This document shows, piece by piece, positions 51,726-64,000 of a stretch of 64,000 nt of DNA; position 1 is the first letter of the stretch; each line of letters opens with the position of its first letter. The translations under genes and the position numbers were made by a program. The DNA comes from Octopus sinensis (Eukaryota). The notes under the pieces are model-generated. The model saw only the letters and a list, made by a program, of their open reading frames with translations. It was not told the DNA's origin and made no database searches. The stretch covers positions 182,156,001-182,220,000 of the forward strand of contig NC_042998.1 in assembly GCF_006345805.1 (NCBI RefSeq). Direction: 5' to 3'.

Positions 51726-52136
51726 TACTCTTTTACTCTCTTTTACTCTTTTACTTGTTTCAGACATTTGACTGCGGCCATGCTGGAGCACCGACTTTAC
51801 TCGAGCAAATCGACCCCAGGACTTCTTCTTTGTAAGCCGAGTACATATTCTATCGGTCTCTTTTGCCGAACCGCTAATTAACGGGGACGTAAACATACCA
51901 GCATCGGTTGTCAAGCGATGTTGGGGGGATAAAGACAGACACACAAACACACACACACATATATACATATATATATACGACAGGCTTCTTTCAGTTTCCG
52001 TCTACCAAATCCACTCACAAGGCTTTGGTCGGCCCGAGACTATAGTAGAAGACACTTGCCCAAGGTGCCACGCAGTGGGACTGAACCCGGAACCGTGTGG
52101 TTAGTAAGCAAGGTACTTACCACACAGCCACTCCTA
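51726..52136 (-). mobile_element. SINE family A
   Basis: Full-length family match. Confidence 0.88.
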
Positions 52137-52144
52137 CATACATA

Positions 52145-52506
52145 CATGCATAAAACTTACTTGGAAAAGGATGCGTGGCGTTCGATCATATAATAATATA
52201 AATAATATATAAATATATGCATATATACATACATAAATGTACATAACTACATATATATGTATATATACATGCATACATGGATACAGGACATAAAAAAAAA
52301 ACGTTGAACACAATGAGAAACGAAAACATAAAAAGAAAAACATAGAAACGAACTTTTTTTCAAACAACGAAAAAGACAAACAGAGAAATGAGACATACAA
52401 CATAAAGAATGTTCCCCTTCTTCAGTTGTCCCTGTTTCATCTACTCCGCATTTAGAAGGTAAGGACAAGACGCTTCTTCGTTGAAATTGTCCTTCCCGCA
52501 AAGTAA

Positions 52507-52510
<4 letters not shown>
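52145..52510 (-). mobile_element. Repeat E, end-to-start junction copy
   Basis: Matches 57676-57935 and then 57215-57270. Confidence 0.65.
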
Positions 52511-52545
<35 letters not shown>

Positions 52546-53433
52546 TGCTTTTATCAGTGTTTACGTATATGTTCCTATTTAGAAGTTGGACACTTAGGAT
52601 TCTATAAAATAAGTACCAAATGTCTAAGTACCGAAAACAGTGAAAAAAGTAAAAGAACACAAATGAACACACAAACGCACACACAACACACACATAAGTA
52701 TATCTACTGTAGCCTTTTGGACAGTTTCCACTAACAAAATTCCACACGTGATATCGGTCACCTGATGCTACACACACACACACACACTCTCGTCTACATC
52801 ACTACAAGTGATCACAATATCTAGGACAAAAATAATCTGCAAGACTTTAAAATTTAAAGGATAATGAATAAGACAAGACACTTTCCTTCACAAACGTGCT
52901 ACCAGGCAGGTGACCAGTCAAAATCAATTCTAAAACAGTAAAAATATAATACATACATACATACAAACATGCATCAAACACGCACACACATATACATACA
53001 CACACATATACATACGCGCACACATACACATACACATGTACATATGTATATGTTGTATGTTTCTGAGGAGAAAGTACACCGGACAGTTATGGGACGTTCG
53101 TAATGTTACGTAAGATATATTGGATGTGCTTTTGAAACAATTGTAGCACTCGACGACCTCTTCTATCCTTTTTATTTACAGATTTGATTATCGCAATATA
53201 AGCAATGTTTGTTGCTTTTGAAATGAAGTTGTATAGCATCTGTCATCTTATCGGAATTTTCTGTCTGATCTCGATATGAGACGAACTGTATTTGATGCAT
53301 TGATAAATGAATTATATTGATCATTTATCGAGTCATCTGTGTTCTCTATAATGTTGTGTTTATGCAAGAGACTAACAAACTGCACTTTACCACAATCACT
53401 CGACTCATCTACATATTTGTACATACTTACAAA

Positions 53434-53533
53434 NNNNNNNNNNNNNNNNNNNNNNNNNNNNNNNNNNNNNNNNNNNNNNNNNNNNNNNNNNNNNNNNNNN
53501 NNNNNNNNNNNNNNNNNNNNNNNNNNNNNNNNN
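53434..53533. other. Assembly gap (100 N)
   Basis: Run of N. Confidence 1.
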
Positions 53534-54444
53534 TTCATTCGCAAAATATGTATTTTTTAAAATACAGTAAAAAATCTAATAATAAAGATTTCCAGTCTAA
53601 TTGCTATGAAGGTATGATGTTGAGAAGTAAAAAACTGGCGGGAAAAGTTACAGAGGTTTAAAAATCGAAAAAATAATTTTAGTCAATAGCGAGACAGAAA
53701 ATTTCTGCGTTTAGCGGAACGGTGTCAACTTTAAGGTTGTACCCTGTGAAATTTATAGTTTTGCGTCTGTGAAATGACCTCGTCATTGTAGGTTTCTAAA
53801 TAAACAGAAATACCTAATAAAATCAGCATTTTACTGTTTCTTTTGTTTCTTCATTGATTGTATGCTTGGATTTGTAAAGTACGATAAGAATAACACTGGT
53901 CAACAAAGAATTTGTCCTAAGAAAATGAATACCTGTATCTTATATGTTTTTGCATGCAGAATTCAAAAATAATGTCGAATTATCTGTACTAAGTTCACAT
54001 ATTCCATTCACCTTCATTATGCTAAGAAACTGTATAAACAAACATTGAAAACAACTTTTGCTATATATATGAAAAATATGTAAAATATTAAGACAATTAG
54101 CGAGAAATATCTATACTAAAATTCTAATTGATAAATGTAAATTTTTATTAAAACAAAACACGCGGGTGATGTAAATCACGTGCTGCGAAGAATCAACACA
54201 ACATACGGGTGGAACACAACACAATGAGCGGTTGTCAAGGTAACAAGCTGTTAATGCCTCGCTGTCTGCTGATTGGTTAAAATCACCCAAATTTCCAAAA
54301 TTTAATTCCAAATAACATCAGATTCTTTAATTTAAGAGATAAAGAAATTGGTTGATCGTAATCAAAATTCAGAGTTGCATCGATACACCAAAATTGAAAG
54401 CAATCTGAGCAAAATTAAAGGGGGCTCATTTTGCGAATGAAAAC

Positions 54445-54702
54445 GACTAAATTCCCAGCTATGTTACGGGGATGTAAAGAAAACACTGGTTGTCAAATAA
54501 TGGTGAGGGACAAACGCAACACCAAGAAGCGCGCGCACACACATGTCTATACGACGGGCTTCTTTTCAGTTTCCATCTACCAAGCCGAACTCAGAAGGCA
54601 TTGGATGACTCGAGACTATAGTAGGAAGCGCTTGTCCAACGGTGGTACTGAATCTGAAACGTAGTTTCAAAGTGAGCTTAACCACACAGCCATGCCTGCA
54701 CC
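54445..54702 (-). mobile_element. SINE family A-like, diverged
   Basis: GACGGGCTTC..CAGTTTCC..CTACCAA block and head remnant. Confidence 0.6.
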
Positions 54703-54714
54703 TATACATATATA

Positions 54715-54750
<36 letters not shown>

Positions 54751-54798
54751 TGTATGTATGTATGTATGTATGTATGTATGTATGTATATATTTATAAT

Positions 54799-54942
54799 TA
54801 CACTGATTTATCCACTTATAATCCACTTGTTACAGGAAAATTGAACTGAAAGCGGGCAACTATAAATTTTCTAAAGGTTAGTTGCCCGCTTTCAGTTCAA
54901 TTTTCCTGTAACAAGTGGATTATAAGTGGATAAATCAGTGTA
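54799..54942. repeat. Perfect 64-bp inverted repeat with 16-bp spacer
   Basis: 54799-54862 is the exact reverse complement of 54879-54942. Confidence 0.95.
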
Positions 54943-55084
54943 TTGGCTTTAGAATAACCTTCTTTAGCCCTTAATTATAAGATGTTTATACTTCAACCGT
55001 AAGGTTTTTTTAATATACTGCCACGCTTTTTGATGGAATCCTTTTCTGTGAGAAAGGGACTTCATCCTATATTGTTAGTATATG

Positions 55085-55154
<70 letters not shown>

Positions 55155-55887
55155 GAAGGAGCGCTGAAAAATTCCTGGTTTTAAGGGTATCACAAAAGGT
55201 CTGGTTGGAGGCCCAACTTTCCGAGTTCATTTACAAGGCCCAGAAAAACTGAAGGACCGCTGCAATAAATGTGTCAATCTGAGAGGGGAATATGTTGAGT
55301 AAAATCATATATTTTCTTTTCCCCAAACCCAGGAACTTTTCAGTATCCACCCCGTATACCTATATTTGTACGTATAAGGCTATGTGTCAAATATATCTGT
55401 ATACATTTATATAGTTGTGTGTGTGTGTGTATTTTTCTATATGCAGTTTTAGTCCTGCTTTAAAGAGAAATAATTATACCTCAGCTTTATCTCTCCAAAC
55501 CTACAATAACTACTGTTATCTCTATATATAAAATATATTTATATATAAAAGTTATCCCTTACATTTCAAATGATCCTATACCGTTAGGAAGTGTATTATG
55601 TATAACAGTGTCAAGCACGTTCGACAGACCAGTTAAACCAAATCATAGTTTGTATGTAGTATAAATAGTCCCACGGTTACTTAACTGTCCATGCACAGAA
55701 GATAAGCAGTCTTTCTTTTATAAAATCGTACAAGAAACTAATCAAATGCTTCCAATTTTTTCTGTTTACGGAAAGATAAATCTTGTGGCGCAACCAGTTT
55801 GTATATTTTTTGCAGTGAGGCTAAAATAATGCTGATTACAAAAAAATATATCTCATACTTTTCAAATTACCACTAAAGTTGTATAAT

Positions 55888-55888
55888 G

Positions 55889-55948
<60 letters not shown>

Positions 55949-55989
55949 GTCTATCTATCTATCTATCTGTCTATCTATCTGTCTATCTG

Positions 55990-56049
<60 letters not shown>

Positions 56050-56050
56050 C
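55888..56050. repeat. (TCTA/TCTG)n tetranucleotide repeat
   Basis: Direct inspection. Confidence 0.95.
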
Positions 56051-57154
56051 GTTTGTATGACTCCATATGTAGGTATATTTTGTACGTGTTTATATATGTC
56101 TATATATCGAATATGGGCACTGTAAAACACGACACGTAACGAAGGATCGGGGTTAGTAGAGGCTTGCTATATGCAAGTACATAAGCCTCCTTCGACATAA
56201 GCCAGTGTACGGAATAGGGGCCAGGTAGAATTAATAACGTACAAGAAACAAGTATGATATTCAATGCTTTGCCCAAACGCGTGTAAGTTCTATAAAACAT
56301 TGACTACCATCCCTGTTTACCCCATCGTATAAATTGTGTGTGTGTGGTGTGTCTGTGCACGCGCACGTGTATGTATGTCTTGACAATTACTCGTTGCAGA
56401 ACTATTACATCATGAGGTTGAGTTAGCTAAGAAACATATGTAGTGTGCATTTTACCTGTTTCCACTCCCTCAATTTGAATTTTCCTTCGCATTTGTAGCA
56501 GCTCCAGTTGCTAACAGTGCTATATAGAAACTATCAGCTTACCGAATTTCCTCGCTGTTTCGATATGAGAAGCAGTGTGAGCTTCAACAGAGTTCCGCAT
56601 CGTTACTTTTCGTGACTACCGTGGTGGGAGATGAGTAATTTGCGCGCCTGTTGCCTTCTTTGAATGCAGTAGCCGTTCCGCATGCCAATAAATTATTGTT
56701 TCTTATCGTATACTGTTCACTTTTCGTTCTCTATACCTGCCACTCAATGCTTGAAGTTTACTAACTTTCTACATACGGATCCTTGAATCGTACGCACGCA
56801 CATTACGTTTTACTAGTTTCAGGTTTGATTGCGGCATTGGTGGGGGTACCGTCTTGAAGGGTTTAAATCGATCTCAGTACTTATTTTTTTAAGCTTGCTA
56901 TTTATTTTACGAACTAACGGAGACGTAAACCAGCCAACCCTTTTGCCTTGTGAGTGGATTTGGTAGACAGAAACTGAAAGAAGCCCATCGTATAGAATAA
57001 TCAGCCGAAATTGCGGGGATAATCTGGTGCTTGACTGAGGAAAGAAAACTTCGAATGACCCTTCCTTGTTTTCTTTGTATCGTCTATCTGGATGTTTTGT
57101 TGTCCCTTATTGTATCACCTAGCTGTCCGGATGTTTTGCGTTCTTGTCCCATTT

Positions 57155-57214
<60 letters not shown>

Positions 57215-57935
57215 ATTTATATTTATATTATTATATGATCGAACGCCACGCATCCTTTTCCAGGTAAGTTTTCTCTTATTACGATGCGCACTCTTATTCT
57301 ATCTCATTTCTTTCTATCTATCTCCCTCTCTTGTTTTTCTTCCTTTCTTTTTTTCTCTCCTGCCCTTTCCCTATTCTTCTCTCCCCTCCACCGTTCCCTC
57401 ACTCTCTCACTTTTCCTCCTTGGCTCTCTCGTTGCTCACACGTGATCAACGGCCATTCATCTTTCTTCCACTCCCTTCCTAAAGACAAGACGTGCTTTTA
57501 TCTGTCTCTTCTCAAAGCTCGTTTTTCCAGCGTTAACCACTTTACATCGTCTTGGCTTAACAGCCCTCACCGTTTGTTTTTACTGTTTTGTTCTCACTGT
57601 CCTGTTTTTGGTACCACTTTCCCACTTTCACTCTTCGCAAAAAATCCCAAATTTTATTTAATTTGCTTTGCGAGAAGGACTGTTTTAACGAAGCCGCATC
57701 TTATCCCTACCTTCGAAACGCAGAGTAGATAAAACAGGGACAACTGATAAAGGGAACGTTCTTTATGTTGCATGTCTTGTTTCTCTGTTTGTTTCTTTCG
57801 TTGTTCGAAAAAATGTTAATTTTCTATGTTACTGTTTTTATGTTCTCCTTTCTCATTTTGTCTACGTTTCTTTGATGTCCTGTACCCATATATGCATGTA
57901 TATATACATATATATGTAGGTATGTACATATATGT
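57215..57935 (+). mobile_element. Repeat E, long copy (unclassified)
   Basis: Shares both termini with 52145-52510; pyrimidine-rich body. Confidence 0.6.
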
Positions 57936-57954
57936 ATGTATATGCATATCTCTC

Positions 57955-58138
57955 CTTTTTCTTTTTACTCTTTTACTTGTTTCAGTCATTTGACTGCGGC
58001 CATGCTGGAGCACCGCCTTTACTTGAGCAAATCGACCCCAGGACTTATTCTTTGTAAGCTTAGTACTTATTCTATCGGTCTCTGTAAACACACCAGCATC
58101 GGTTGTCAAGCGATGTTGGGGGTACAAACACAGACACA

Positions 58139-58190
<52 letters not shown>

Positions 58191-58366
58191 CATATACATA
58201 AATACGACGGGCTTCTTTCAGTTTCCGTCTACCAAATTCACTCACAAGGTTTTGGTCGGCCCGAGGCTATAGTGGAAGACACTTGCCCAAGGTGCCACGC
58301 AGTGGGACTGAACCCGGAACCAAGTGGCTGGTAAGCAAGCTACTTACCACACAGCCACTCCTGCGG
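57955..58366 (-). mobile_element. SINE family A
   Basis: Family match with a small internal deletion. Confidence 0.88.
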
Positions 58367-58399
58367 CTATATATATGCATTATATATATATATATATAT

Positions 58400-58442
<43 letters not shown>

Positions 58443-59220
58443 TACAGACACTTGCTGCACACAATCATACACTGACTCATGAGCAGCTCGCATTCACTCA
58501 CCTCCATAATAAACCCGTTTCAACACCCTCAGTCCCCTTTCTCACATGCAATTATCTTCAGCCTTTTCTTCTTTATCCCCGTTTTCCCCATATTCTAAAT
58601 TTACAATTGAGTGTGTAGGTGTATACGCGAGTGTTAATGTGCATGCACGTACGGACGTGCTCGTGTAGTTGCGCGCGCGTGCGTGTGCATGTGCATGTAA
58701 ATTTCTGTAAGCATGTGTGTGAGAGTATGTGAATCAAAATTCTATTTAAAGTATGTCAGTGGGCTTATATTTGAGTGACCTCTTAGAGACATGCGCGTTA
58801 GCTTGTGGCAATGTGCGAACATATAAATGTATCATTCCCTCTCTCTAACTCTCTAAATTGTTTTCTCTCTCTCTGTGAATGTGTGTGTGTATGTGTGCAT
58901 GTGTTTACAAAATATGTCCACGTAGGCGAGTGGTTACATGGCACGCGTGACTGCACACAATTTTATGTACACTCGTATAAGTGGTTTTTTAAAGTATGCA
59001 TGTGTAAGTGTATACGTGAATGCGTGTGTATGTCTGTGAGTTTGTACTTCCTTATGCTTAATATTTGCATCTACGTGTCTGTGTTTCTATGTATAAATCT
59101 GGGCATATATCCATGTCTATATATGATGATGGCTGTCCACTAGCGACTGAAGAAGACCATCGCTAACCTTTGCCCATGCAAAACACCAGCAATGCCCGCG
59201 GAGGAAGTTATTATACCCAT

Positions 59221-59640
59221 TTCTTTATTACCCACAAGGGGATAAACATAGAAGGGACAAACAAGGACAGACATAGGTATTAAGTCGATTACATCGACCC
59301 CAGTGCGTAACTGGTACTTAATTTATCGACCCCGAAAGGATGAAAGGTAAAGTCGACCTCGGCGGAATTTGAACTCACAACGTAACGGCAGACGAAATAC
59401 CTATTTCTATTTCTTTACTACCCACAAGGGGCTAAACATAGAGGGGACAAACATGGACAGACATAGGTATTAAGTCGATTATATCGACCCCAGTGTGTAA
59501 CTGGTACTTAATTTATCGACCCCGAAAGGATGAAAGGTAAAGTCGACCTCGGCGGAATTTGAACTCACAACGTAACGGCAGACGAAATACCGCTAAGCAT
59601 TTCGCCCGACGTGCTAACGTCTCTGCCAGCTCGCCGCCTT
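59221..59640 (-). mobile_element. SINE family B with duplicated 3' portion inside one 19-bp TSD
   Basis: TSD AGGAAGTTATTATACCCAT at 59202-59220 and 59641-59659. Confidence 0.92.
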
Positions 59641-59914
59641 AGGAAGTTATTATACCCATGGTTTGGCTTCATTTGGGCTTGCACCTTCTGCCTACAGGCT
59701 CGCCGCGCCTACTACTCGACCGGTCGTTAGAAAGGCTCTTCACCAGAGATTGTACAACCTAACATTTTTGGTCCAATAAAGCTTGTACGGCACCTCATAG
59801 ATTCTCTCTACCCTACTGACATGATCCAAAGACAAATGTCTTCTTCTAGAACTCTGGCCAACCAAAACTTGTGAGTGGTGTGTAAGTATGAGTCGCAGGC
59901 TCAGGAATGTGTGG

Positions 59915-60215
59915 AGGCACATGACTAAGTGGTCAGAGCAGCGAAACTCGCGGTCGTGGGATTGCGAGTTCGAATCTCAGACCGGGCGATGCGTGTGTTT
60001 ATGAGTGAAACACCTAAGCTCCAGGCGGCTCCGGCAGAAGGTAATGGCGAACCTCTGATGACTCTTTCGCTACAACTTTCCCTCACTCTTCCCTCCTGCA
60101 TCTTGCAGCTCACCTGCGACAGGCTGGCGTCCCGTCCAGGTGGGGAACCTATACGCCAAAGAAATCGGTAAATCGGCCCTTATGAGCCAGGTGTGGCTAG
60201 AGAAGGAACAAACAA
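59915..60215 (+). mobile_element. SINE family C
   Basis: Matches 29335-29630. Confidence 0.78.
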
Positions 60216-60763
60216 GTATGCGTCGTAGGATCAGGAATGTGGGAATACCATGATCTTAAACGCAAGCAAAATATCTCCAAAATGTTCAATGCCATTCCCT
60301 CCATATCTGGTTTTATATTGGGGTGACCTCTTAGAGACATGCTTTAACAAAAACTGCGAGTTGCCTCACTGCCGTGGTCTTCCAGCACGCCGGACACCGG
60401 CCTGGAATTTCAGCGGGCCCGTGCTATTGCTAGATAGTCGATAACCCTACAATAAATTCATCTGTCCTTTTGACAGGTCTTGTTTTTAGTCCTGCTATGT
60501 TTCTAGGAACCCTCCTCACCAGCAAGCCTAGTGGGGGTGCCGGTTTAGTGACCACCAGCCTGCTGACCCTACGATGCAACAAGTTGTATTGGATACCATG
60601 TAGCACTCATGAGCACTCCCACAAGCACTCATGAGAGACCTCACAAGTGACTAACATGCGTATATGTATATCTATACACATATACAAACAGACATACATT
60701 CTTTTTCTAGGTCCTTATTTACCGAAGATTTTAAATTTAGCTTTAGCTTCTGGTTTGCATAAC

Positions 60764-60835
<72 letters not shown>

Positions 60836-60949
60836 ACACACAAGGTTTAGTTGGCCAGAGTTCTAGAAGACATTTGCCGAAGGTGAGCTTTAAACCAAGT
60901 CGTTGCAAATCAAGCTTGAGCTCCCTAACTACTTAGCCATGTCTCCACC

Positions 60950-61008
<59 letters not shown>

Positions 61009-61559
61009 CCTGCTTCCATTTCCTGAGCGCCTATTAATAATAATACTGTAATTGTTCCATTGTTGTTGTTTTTTTTGTTTCCCGTTTGGATTAAAATTAT
61101 ATATATATATAGATATATATGTATAAAAATAAGTGAAAAATGTATAGTAAATGTACAAACGAAAAGTAAAAAAACGTGTAATGACTGCACAGACGAATGG
61201 AAAAAACGCATATTGAGTGCACAAACAGAAAGAAAGCAAAAATAGAAGGTCCCTAATTCTTCATTAGTTATCAACCAGATGGTATTACTCAGTTTCGCAC
61301 CATTAATGATAATGTATGTATGTATGTATGCATGTATTTGAGTGTGTGCATATGTTTGTTCCCGAACCGGCTCAACGTAACCACTGGTGTTGGTTTGTTT
61401 ACGTCCCCGTGTCCGATAGAATAAGTCGCAGACTTTTTAAAAATAACAAAACAAATTGTGGAGTCGATTTGTTCCATTAAAGACCCTCAAGGTGGCTCCG
61501 CTGTCCAATGACTGAAAGATCTAATAGGCAAAAGATAAGAAAGATGTGATATTCTTTTC

Positions 61560-62140
61560 TACTCTGGGCGCAAGGCTCGAAATCTTTTTGTGGGGGAGCC
61601 TGTCGATTAGATCGACCCCAGTACGCAACTGATACTTTATCTATCGATCCCGAAAGGATGAAAGTAAAGTCGACGTCGGCGAAATTTGAACTCAGAACGT
61701 AAAGACAGACGAAATACTGCTCAGCGTTTCGCCTGGCATGCTAACGTTTCTTAATTATTTATTGCCCACAAGGGGCTAAATATAGAGGGGACAAACAAGG
61801 ACAGACAAATTCCACCGAGGTCGACTTTACCTTTCATCTTTTCGGGTTCGATAAAATAAGTACTAGTTGAACACTGTAATCGACTCATCCTTCACTTCCC
61901 CTTTGTGAAGGCGACTAGCTGGCAGAATCATTAGCACGCCGGGCGAAATGTTTAGCAGTATTTCGTCAGTCGCTACGTTCTGAGTTCAAATTCCGCCGAG
62001 GTCAACTTTACCTTTCATTCTTTCGGGATCGATAAATTAAGTACCAGTTGAGTACTGGAGTCGAGAGTATTGGGGTTGATGTAATCAACTAGTTTGCCCA
62101 CCCCCCCAAAAAAACATTGAGGCCTTGTACTTCCAGTAGA
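61560..62140. mobile_element. Cluster of SINE B/B' fragments in both orientations
   Basis: At least four fused pieces of family B sequence. Confidence 0.75.
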
Positions 62141-62261
62141 AAGGATTATCATAAACAGTGCAAGCTAAAATCTGTAGAGGTATTCTGTCGAGCAACATAT
62201 CAAACGCGCACGCACACACACACACACGCACACACACGCGCGCGCACAAACACACATACGC

Positions 62262-62324
<63 letters not shown>

Positions 62325-62630
62325 GTATATAAGTTAAAAAAAACATAATAAATGCACAAACAAACGGGCAACAGACACAGAAGGTCACCAAATCGTCATC
62401 AGCTATCGGCCAGAGGGTCAAACGCAATTTCGCGCCTTCGACGATAAACTCTTTTATCGCTCTCCTTCTTTATCTCTCTCTCTCTCTCTCTCTCTCTCTT
62501 TATATATATATATATATATGCATGTACATGTATGATTGTGAGTGTATGCGTGTATATGTTTATCTGTGTTCAGGCGCGCACACACAAATATGTATATGTA
62601 TATACATGCATATACCGAATATATGTATAT

Positions 62631-62681
<51 letters not shown>

Positions 62682-63249
62682 CACACACACACAATGTGTC
62701 AGACACGAAATTCTCGGTTCTTGAGTTCTTTGTAACTTCTACAGATCGAGTTCTGTTTATGTGTGTAATTCCAAACCTGAACGTGTGTGTGTGTGCTCGC
62801 GCGCGTGTGTTTGTGTTTGTGTGTACGTGTAAGTTGTATAGGTTAACTACTGCACTTATGATCTGATTATATATGCGAACTGATGCATATATAAATACAC
62901 CTTTAATTCCATATTTTATTCATGCAGTAAGTGTCATAATATAATTCATTCCCCCACATGTGCAAATGTGGTTATAAATATACATACATATATGCATGCA
63001 TACATTACACACACACACACACACATGCATACATCCATTTATGCATACGTACGCATGAACATGACATGCATGCATGTACAACCCCGCTCCACATATAAAT
63101 CACATTTATGCATGTTATTGAAGACAAGTCTATGCACCAGTTTCAACTTTTATTTTTTTTATTTAACAACAGAGACATGTTTTCAATAACAAGTTAAAAG
63201 GAAAGGCTTTTCCCATATAAGAGAAATGTCCTCGCCCAATCGTGTGCGT

Positions 63250-63264
63250 ATGTATGTATGTATG

Positions 63265-63310
<46 letters not shown>

Positions 63311-63432
63311 GTATATATATCTGTATATATATCTGTATAGGAATGACGAACTTGTGTTATAAGGGGAAATACATACATACATACATACATACATACATAC
63401 ATACATACATACATACATACATACACACACAC

Positions 63433-63500
<68 letters not shown>

Positions 63501-63545
63501 TATCTATATCATATATAATATATATATATGATATATATATATATA
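63250..63545. repeat. Compound (TA)n/(TACA)n microsatellite field
   Basis: Direct inspection. Confidence 0.9.
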
Positions 63546-63604
63546 TAAACTTAGATATGTTTCGACCAAAGATTGGTCCAGGCCATGTCTAACTTAATAG
63601 CACC

Positions 63605-63840
63605 CAGAGTAAGCTCATAAAGGCGAAACAAGATGGGAAAAATAGTACTCGAATACCAGAGGTAGAGTAATATGCATTATTAAGAAGCAGCAAAAATATC
63701 ACAAAAACTGTTACTCAGAGTTTCATGTTCCCGGTCGTCAGACAGTTTTGTTTTCTAGAAAGCAAAACTGTCCGACTAATGGAAACGTGAAACTGTAACA
63801 GTTTTTGTAATATTTTTGCTGCTTTTTAATAAAGTACATA
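63605..63840. mobile_element. Fold-back repeat P3 with two divergent hammerhead-like motifs
   Basis: About 160-bp imperfect palindrome centred on TCTAGA (63754-63759); motifs at 63708-63745 (-) and about 63767-63801 (+). Confidence 0.65.
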
Positions 63841-64000
63841 TATATTATCTATATCCTTAACACTCCATACTAATCGTCATTTACATGCAAACTACACACT
63901 TTACATCAAACCACATGGGGTCATGTGCTAAACCTATCTCTTTGAACAAAACAAAAATAGGCGAGAAGCACAGATACACAATCACTATGCATATCAAGAA

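Noticed and set aside
52400-52440. CTGAAGA in repeat E as a hammerhead (also 57744 and 57044)
   Set aside because: No correctly placed GAAA/stem III.
51726-52510. SINE A + repeat E as one composite element
   Set aside because: Relative orientation and junction differ between the 52-kb and 58-kb loci, so the insertions are independent.
53182-53433. Exon next to the gap
   Set aside because: All three frames after the acceptor hit stops quickly.

Overview
AT-rich, microsatellite-dense eukaryotic DNA. The repeat families look like those of a coleoid cephalopod (octopus); that assignment is from recall and was not checked. No intact protein-coding gene is evident. Nearly all ORF-track hits are artefacts of (CA)n/(TA)n/(TATG)n tracts. 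The window is mostly mobile-element debris. Retroelements: at least four tRNA-derived SINE families (about 30 copies) and decayed LINE fragments (CR1-like, RTE-like, R4/RLE-like, probable Penelope RT). DNA transposons: a full-length but broken mariner, a six-copy MITE with 8-bp TSDs (Merlin-like by inference), a Charlie-type hAT MITE, two non-autonomous Helitrons and a Helitron helicase remnant. There is one 100-N gap. The most unusual signal is about 11 minimal type-I hammerhead-ribozyme-like motifs in several short non-coding repeat families, often in fold-back arrangements. One family joins a tRNA-like Pol III head to a hammerhead-bearing tail. A few weak candidate exons hint at a host gene but cannot be assigned.
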